From Octopus sinensis (lineage: Eukaryota), in the NCBI RefSeq assembly GCF_006345805.1, contig NC_043014.1, positions 33,294,001 to 33,358,000 on the forward strand: a stretch of 64,000 bases of DNA, read 5' to 3'. Positions 1 through 64,000 of this stretch are shown here, one piece after another. The position numbers and the translations under genes are program-made. A model generated the notes under the pieces. The model ran no database searches, was not told where the DNA came from, and saw only the letters and a list, made by a program, of their open reading frames with translations. Numbering within the stretch: position 1 is the stretch's first letter; each line of letters starts with the position of its first letter.

Positions 1-1159
1 ACTGTCACAAGTGCCAGTAAGACGACACTGGTAATGATCATGCTCGAATGGTGCTTTTTACGTGCCACTGGCATGGAAGTCAGTTAGCTGCTCTGGCAAT
101 GATCATGCTCAGATGGTGCTCTTAGCACTCCACTAGCACGGATGCCAGTCATCGAATTTGATTTCGATTTCACTTGCCTCAACAGGTCTTCACAAGCAAT
201 TCATTTATGAATATTGGTTTCAAATTTTGGCCCAAAGCTAGTTATTTTGGGGAGTGGGTAAATCGATTGCATTGACCCTAGTGTTCAACTGATACCTATT
301 TTGTTGATCCCAAAAGGACGAAAGGTAAAATTGATCTCAGCAGAATCTTAACTCAGATTGTAAGGAGATGGACGAAATGCTGTTAAGCATTTTGCCTGGC
401 ATGCTAACAATTCTGGCAGATTGTCGCCTTATATTTATGCAAGAATATTGAGATATGAAATGTAATAGTCTTTTAAATACTAAGGAGAGAGGAGAAATGG
501 TTTGTATAGGCTGGTGGCTAGGTTTTTGTCATGATGAGTGATTAATCTTCTGACAGATACAATGGTAACCAATCTTAGGTGCATTCATAGTTATATTGCA
601 GATGGTGGTTTCACACTTGGGTGAAATGGAACTAAGCAAAAAAAATACTCAATGTTGTAACATAAAGTGGTGGACTCTCCTGTTATAAATAACAGATGAG
701 GTTCCACAACTTCTTGTTGATCAACCTGCACAGATGAGTTGTTTATAGTGATAAAATGTGTGTGCAGTACTTGAGATCACTCCCTTCATCAAATTAACAA
801 TGCCTGTACAGGGGCACGGTGAATGGAAGTGTTTTGCTTAAGAGCACAATGCACTGCCAGGTCCAGATATCAAAACCACAATCTAGCAGTTGGGTGTGCA
901 ACACCCTAACCACTAAGCCACACACGCTCCCGAGTAAAATATCAACCACTGACTCTCTAATTACTAGCTCACCACTTTATCAACTACAATTGATCATGTT
1001 ACCAGATTGAGAGGTAATAGCACAGAGAGTACAGCTTTACAGAGCAATTTGATAGTGGAATTATGAGTTCCTTACTGAAGTGTTGTATCATTAAGAAAAC
1101 AAGACTACTGGGAATTGTTTGAAAGAAAAATAGACTCTGTGGGCCTCTCGGTTACTTAC

Positions 1160-58063
<56,904 letters not shown>

Positions 58064-58084
58064 CTGTAAAAGAGGAAATATTTG

Positions 58085-58149
<65 letters not shown>

Positions 58150-58169
58150 TAATAATGATAATAATAAGG

Positions 58170-58468
58170 AAGAAAGAAATGTCGATAGATATGACAGGTT
58201 AGCTTGGGAGGTTAAGCAGTTGTGATCGATGAAAAAGGTGATAGTAGTACTAATAATTGTCAGAACAGTGGATAAAAATCTTGAGAAGTACATGGCATGT
58301 ATAGGGGATGCAATAAGGGTGGAGCACTTGAAGAAAACAGCACTGCTTGGAACTGCTTGAATACTCCGGATGGTGCTCAAAAAATAAGGGATGTTACCTT
58401 AGTTCACCGGTAGTGAACAGCAGGCACTATAGTACATCTCCAGCATTAGAAGCTATGCAAAGACAATA
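58170..58468 (+). mobile_element. R4/Dong-like 3' fragment between (AAT)n tracts
   Basis: Translates as VDRYDRLAWEVKQL ... EHLKKTALLGTA*ILRMVL. Confidence 0.65.
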
Positions 58469-58578
<110 letters not shown>

Positions 58579-58579
58579 A

Positions 58580-60216
58580 TTGATTATAGCCACTCAGCAA
58601 AAAGACATTAGAATGAATTTGATAAAGATGAAGATTGATAAAACTTAGCCACAGAGCAACTGCAGAATCTCTGGAGACAGAAACAAAAGTATTAATTATC
58701 TCCTAAGTGACCGCAGTAAGCTAGCACAAAAAGAGTATAAGTGCATGCATGACTGTTTTTTCACTAAAAGAGTGTATTGGGATGTTAGCCAAGTTTGTGA
58801 ATACAACGTGAGGGATAAGTGATATGAACACAAGCCAGAGGCAGTTGTGATGAATGATAATGACAGGATTTTATGGGAATTTTTAATTGCAACTGAACAG
58901 TTTATTGAAACAAGATAACTTGATATGATAAGGTATACTGTAGATGAGTTAAATTAATTGTGAAAACAGCTCAATGCGAAAAACAACATAATAGGTATCA
59001 ACACTCTAGCTGTACCAGTTATAAGTTACAGCTACAATGTTCTTAACTGGACTCTAAATGAACTAATCAAAATAGATGGGAAAACAAGAAAAATAATGAC
59101 AAGATTTAGGATGCACCATCCAAATTCTGAGATAGAAAGGCTATATATACATATATCAAAGGTGGTAGAGGCCTTATACAGCTAGAAAACTATTATAACA
59201 TAACCACCATAGGACTACAGAAATACCTACTTCAGAAGCAAAGAAAACTAATACAAATAACCACAAAACATGAACAAAACAAAGAACTGTTTTCAGTCTT
59301 TAAGGAAGCTTACAAATACAAAAAAGAAATCATAGTACCTAACAACTATGAAGAAAAAGAAGAAACAACAAAAGCTGTAAAACAACTGAAATCCAAACTA
59401 AATTTGGAACAGCAACATATCATGATGAAACAATGGCAAGAAAAGCCCCCTACATGGCAAATATTGGGTTAAGCTAAACAGAAAAGAACTAACAAAGCAA
59501 AATGCCAACAAGGGCTGAGAAGCTCGGGACTCAAAGCAGAAACTGAGGGATTTTTAATTGCAGCACAAGATCAAAGCCTTCCCACCAGAAATCACCGAAA
59601 ACCCGTAGTGAAAAGAAATACAAGTAACTGCAGAATATGTGGTGATGAAGAAGAAACAATAAATCATATTGTCTCTGGCTGCCCAGTCCCGGCCAAGAAG
59701 GAATATATTCACAGACATGACAGAGCTGGGACCAATATACACTGAAAGCTATGCCAACACTATGGAATAACAATAGAAAAAAGATAGTAGAGGCATACCC
59801 AGAAGAGGTCACATAAAATACGAAAGCAGCCATACTCTAGGACATGCCAATACACACAGGTAGAGATATTAAGGCCAACAGGCCAGATATAGTTGTCAGA
59901 GATCACCAAGAAAAAAATGCTTTCTAATCAATGTATCGATACCGACAGAAGAAATGCTTCTCTAAAAGAAATGGAGAAACTTTCAAAATACGAAGATTTG
60001 GAAATAGAAGTGACTCGGATGTGGAGCCTAAAAACAGAAACAATTCCTATTATACAGTTCTATATTTAAAAGATGAGGAATTATATACATTATTTACAAT
60101 TGATGGATATTTGTTCTCATCTTGTTTGTTGTTTCGGCTGATATACCCTCCAGCCTTCATCAGGTGTCTTGGGGAAATTTCAAACCTGGGTTCTATTCCT
60201 AAGGTATTTTTCGATA

Positions 60217-60267
<51 letters not shown>

Positions 60268-60584
60268 TCACTGTCTGGAATCAAACTCGGAATCTTGGGG
60301 TTAGTAGCCCGCACTCTTAACCACTACGCCATATGTGCGTGGGCACATTAGGTATGATAAAATAACATTCAGACAAATACATAATAAAAAACACCAGGAC
60401 TAACAAATATATATAACATACAGAAAATAGCACTACCAGGCACCTATGTAAAACACTTTCCTGTGTAAAACATTTTCAATACAGTGAAAATAAGAGCACC
60501 ACAGCAAACCACAGCATATACCCAAGGCACACAGAGCTGCACTCAGTAGTGCAGTGAAAGCACATGATAAAAATAAGACTACTG
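58580..60584 (+). mobile_element. Decayed R4/Dong-like (RLE endonuclease) non-LTR retrotransposon(s)
   Basis: GLKAETEGFLIAAQDQSLPTRN...CRICGDEEETINHIVSGC...YIHRHD (CCHC knuckle), NRPDIVV, EKLSKYEDLEIEV..IPIIVG; flanked by (AAT/AAC)n. Confidence 0.85.
60055..60338 (-). mobile_element. tRNA-headed SINE-like insert with a hammerhead-like core
   Basis: Minus strand: TGGCGTAGTGG (A box) ... GAGTTTGATTCC (B box), (AAT)n, then CTGATGA-AGGCTG..CAGCC-GAAAC; removal restores the host LINE frame IPII|VGTLG. Confidence 0.7.
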
Positions 60585-60796
60585 AATAATAATAATAATA
60601 ATAACAATAACAACAACAACAGCAACAACAATATGTAACAATAAAGTATCAAAAAGAAAAGGTCTCCAGTAGGAGAAAATCATTTGCAGTAATTCAAAGC
60701 ATCCAATGCAAAGCTGATGCATCAAAGGTAAAGGTATTCCCTCCAGTTTTCGTTGCTTGTTTAAAGTCACTAAATAGAGAAGGCCCATTTAGTCTT

Positions 60797-61026
60797 ATTT
60801 CTTTAATGCCCCCAAGGGGCTACACACAGAGGGGACAAACAAGGACAGACAAACGGATTAAGTCGATTACATCGACCCCAGTGTGTAAGTGGTACTTATT
60901 TAATTGACCCTGAAAGGATGAAAGGCAAAATTGGCCTCGGCAGAATTTGAACTCAGAACGTAATGGCAGACGAAATACCACTAAGCATTTCACCCGGTGT
61001 GCTAACGTTTCTGCCAGCTTGCCACC
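60797..61026 (-). mobile_element. SINE family B, near full length
   Basis: Matches 15631-15861. Confidence 0.85.
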
Positions 61027-61189
61027 TAAAGGCCCATTTAGTCTTGTCAGTTGGCACTCACATGCGCCTATTATAAAATACATAAAATAGTTGCATATTT
61101 CTCTCTAATGCTATCCTTCTCTTTATGTGGTACTTAAAGATGATAAAGGCTTGAACAGAGAGGAAAATCTCTGTCTTCAAACCTTTTAA

Positions 61190-61410
61190 CCCTTTTGTTA
61201 CTGTATTTATTTTGAGATGCTCTGTGTTTCTTTCAATTACTTTTAAATATAACAAAGAATTTAGAAAAATAACTTAGTTATCATTAAGCTTGTGTTAGGA
61301 ACATAAACTGTGACTAAGGTTTGGTGGAAGATTTCAATTCAGAACTTTTGAAAGCAAGACATTTGTACTCAGAGTCAGAGCCAGTTTCAGCCGGGTTGGT
61401 AACAAAAGGG
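61190..61410. mobile_element. piggyBac-type MITE, family B
   Basis: TTAA TSDs and CCCTTTTGTTAC/GTAACAAAAGGG TIRs. Confidence 0.85.
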
Positions 61411-62134
61411 TTAATCATATCCCTCATATAACACATCTTTCACCGTAGCTACCAGGCAGAGGAAGACTTAGTAGTTTTTCTTTCCAAAGGAAGATGGTGA
61501 ATTAACCTTCCTAACAGACTCAGATGATAGCTTGATTCACCCTACAAGGTACACAATCTCACAAATCAGTAATGTATGACTATGAGCGGGGTTGTTCCAT
61601 CATTCTGCTTGCATTTTAGATAGGTCCCAATTTATGGCACTTCTGTACTTGTAGAATTTGTCTCAAACAGTTGATGTAGCACAGTCAAACTATGGAGATT
61701 GTTCAAAATCCCCAACCCCAAAGTCCTCCAGAAATGGCTACTTAGACTGCCCCCCACAATGTACAGAATCATTTGCAGGCCATCAATGCTTACACTCTCC
61801 ACTCACCCATTTTAGAATGTGTGAGTTTATGTTCCACTAATTACGCTGTCCATCTGGCACCATTCCAGATGTCAACTTTGGTCTGCACTTGACCCGGGAT
61901 TGCAGGAACAAACTGCAGAAAGACATTTTGCATAGACACTTAGTAGTTGTCACCATAATGGAACCTCTTTCGAAAATGTGTTAGTCTCAGCAGCACTTGC
62001 TTGTACACTATCAGCCACAACATTCCGAAAGCCCCAGTGGAGCTGTTGCTAGCATGAGATGGATATCCTGATCAGATGTTTCCTAAGATAAGACATGATA
62101 GCCAGACAGTGGTATATCATCAAAACAATATTAA

Positions 62135-62355
62135 CCCTTTCATTACTGTATTTATTTTTAGATGCTCTGTGTTTCTTCCAATTAATTTTGAATATAACAA
62201 AGAATTTAGTAAAATAACTTAGTTATCATTAAATTAGTGTTAGGAACATAAATTGTGACTAAGGTTTGGTGGAAGATTTTAATTCAAAACTTATGAAAAC
62301 AAGACATTTGTATTCAGATCCAGAGCTGGTTTCAGCCGGGTTGGTAACGAAAGGG
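62135..62355. mobile_element. piggyBac-type MITE, family B
   Basis: TTAA TSDs and CCCTTTCATTAC/GTAACGAAAGGG TIRs. Confidence 0.85.
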
Positions 62356-63186
62356 TTAAAGTTAGGTAATATTGCCTGGCTTTCCAGGTACAGTTTCCTC
62401 TAGAGCAAATTTCTGAGTGAGATTTGCTATCTTGCTCACTACCTCTCCATCTAGAAGTCCAATCTGAACCAGAGTTTGAACAATTTTTCTAAAATCTTTC
62501 ATGCTGTATATAACAGTGTAATGAACCTGAAGTTATCAAGTATGTATTCCATTTCAGATCTTTGATAATATATTATGCAACAACAAAGCAAAACTGATGT
62601 AAACTACAAATATTCTATGCTCACAAAAAGATAATGCTGCTCACACTTCAGAAACGTAGAGCTATATCTGGTTATACAGTGGGACTTTAAAGTTAGCCAC
62701 AGCAGAATTTGAACTCCTTCTCTTCCTCCTCTTCCAGCATACACTATCAACAACTCCATCACTGTCAATGACGTTATCACATATGTGTGTGTGCATGTGC
62801 TCGTGTGTGTGTGTGTGTGTGTGTGCGTGTGTGTGTGTGTGTGTGAGTGTGTTGATATAAATATGTGCAAGGACATCTGTGTATTTTACCAATGGAGTGA
62901 ATGACTTGAAAACATATTATCTCAGCAATGACAGGAAAAGCAACTAAATGTGAAGTATAATGAAATATTAATTTATCATGCACACACAGGTACACACGCC
63001 GGTACACACACAAGTACACACACACACACATACACGCACATATATACATGTGAGCATGTATGTGTGTATATGTTTGTATATGTGTGTGTGTGTGTGTATG
63101 TCTGCATATATGAATACACACACACACAGACACACACACACACATATATATACACACACAAATACATTTGCATGTATATGTATGTA

Positions 63187-63217
<31 letters not shown>

Positions 63218-63471
63218 ATGAATGTTGACATTTAGGACAAATGACTAAAACCACAACTCTAGGAGTCATAACTTTAATGGGCTTAAGAGCCAACCTTGCT
63301 TGTTTTGACTGATTTCTTTTTATCATCCCTGACTTTAGTTGAGATTTTTTTCTACATTGCTATTACTCTTTAAAAAGGACATGGGGGTTTTCAGACCTCC
63401 AGTAAATAAAAAAATAGAGAGCTCAAGCTATGCTCTTTCATTCAGCCATGTCTGATGAATATTAATTTTAC

Positions 63472-63500
63472 CTTTCTATGCTTGGAAGGTTCTTTAACAT
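63472..63500 (-). CDS. Candidate first coding exon of the kinesin (MLKNLPSIE-R)
   Basis: ATG TTA AAG AAC CTT CCA AGC ATA GAA AG|gtaaaa. The phase-2 donor fits the phase-2 start of exon 58025-58063, giving MLKNLPSIERVKVAVRVRP. Could be a chance match. Confidence 0.3.
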
Positions 63501-64000
63501 TAGGTGATATGAATCAGCAGTTATGAGACTAAATTAATCATCCTTTTTACTAAAGGCACAAGGCCTGAAATTTTGGTGTGGGGGTTAGTCGATTTCATCA
63601 ACCCCAGTACATAACTGGTACTTATTTCTTCAATCCTGCAAGGGTGAAAGACAAAGTTGACTTCAGTGGAATTTGAACTCCAAAAGCAAAGACAGATGAA
63701 ATTCCACTAAGCATTTTGCCAGATAGTCACCTTAGACTAAATTATTGATACAGTATATATAATGTGTGTGTATGTAAGTATGTATAGATGTATAGATACA
63801 AACATTAAAGACAGAAAGACAGAGTGGATGAGCTAGAGAAGAAAGGAATGATTGAGAGAGAGTAGAGCAGTGAGTGGGGACAGACACAGACACACACGCA
63901 TATATATATATATACACACACATATACATATTTACACACACACACACATACATACATATATATATATATGTACACACACACAAATACATGTGCATGTATA

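Overview
AT-rich, microsatellite- and SINE-saturated animal genomic DNA; the repeat families suggest a coleoid cephalopod such as Octopus (inference). The only host gene I can reconstruct is a minus-strand kinesin-3 (KIF28/KLP-6-like). Its motor domain is encoded by ten GT-AG exons between 58063 and 1160 that splice in one frame (VKVAVRVRPFNQRE...GQTGSGKS...SSRAH...DLAGSE...LGNVIS) and include 17- and 23-nt microexons. A possible ATG exon lies at 63472-63500, and the gene continues past the left edge. The introns hold CR1-group LINEs (one with an open 778-aa ORF), R4/Dong and RTE remnants, mariner, pogo, hAT, Merlin-like and piggyBac MITEs, Helitrons, Penelope-type remnants and four abundant SINE families, often nested. 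The most unusual signals are several hammerhead-ribozyme-like motifs in short non-coding elements (two in long fold-backs, one in a tRNA-headed SINE-like insert) and piggyBac MITEs that appear to carry captured flanks. Most ORFs in the supplied track are microsatellite or SINE artefacts. Repeat boundaries are approximate unless a TSD or TIR is cited.
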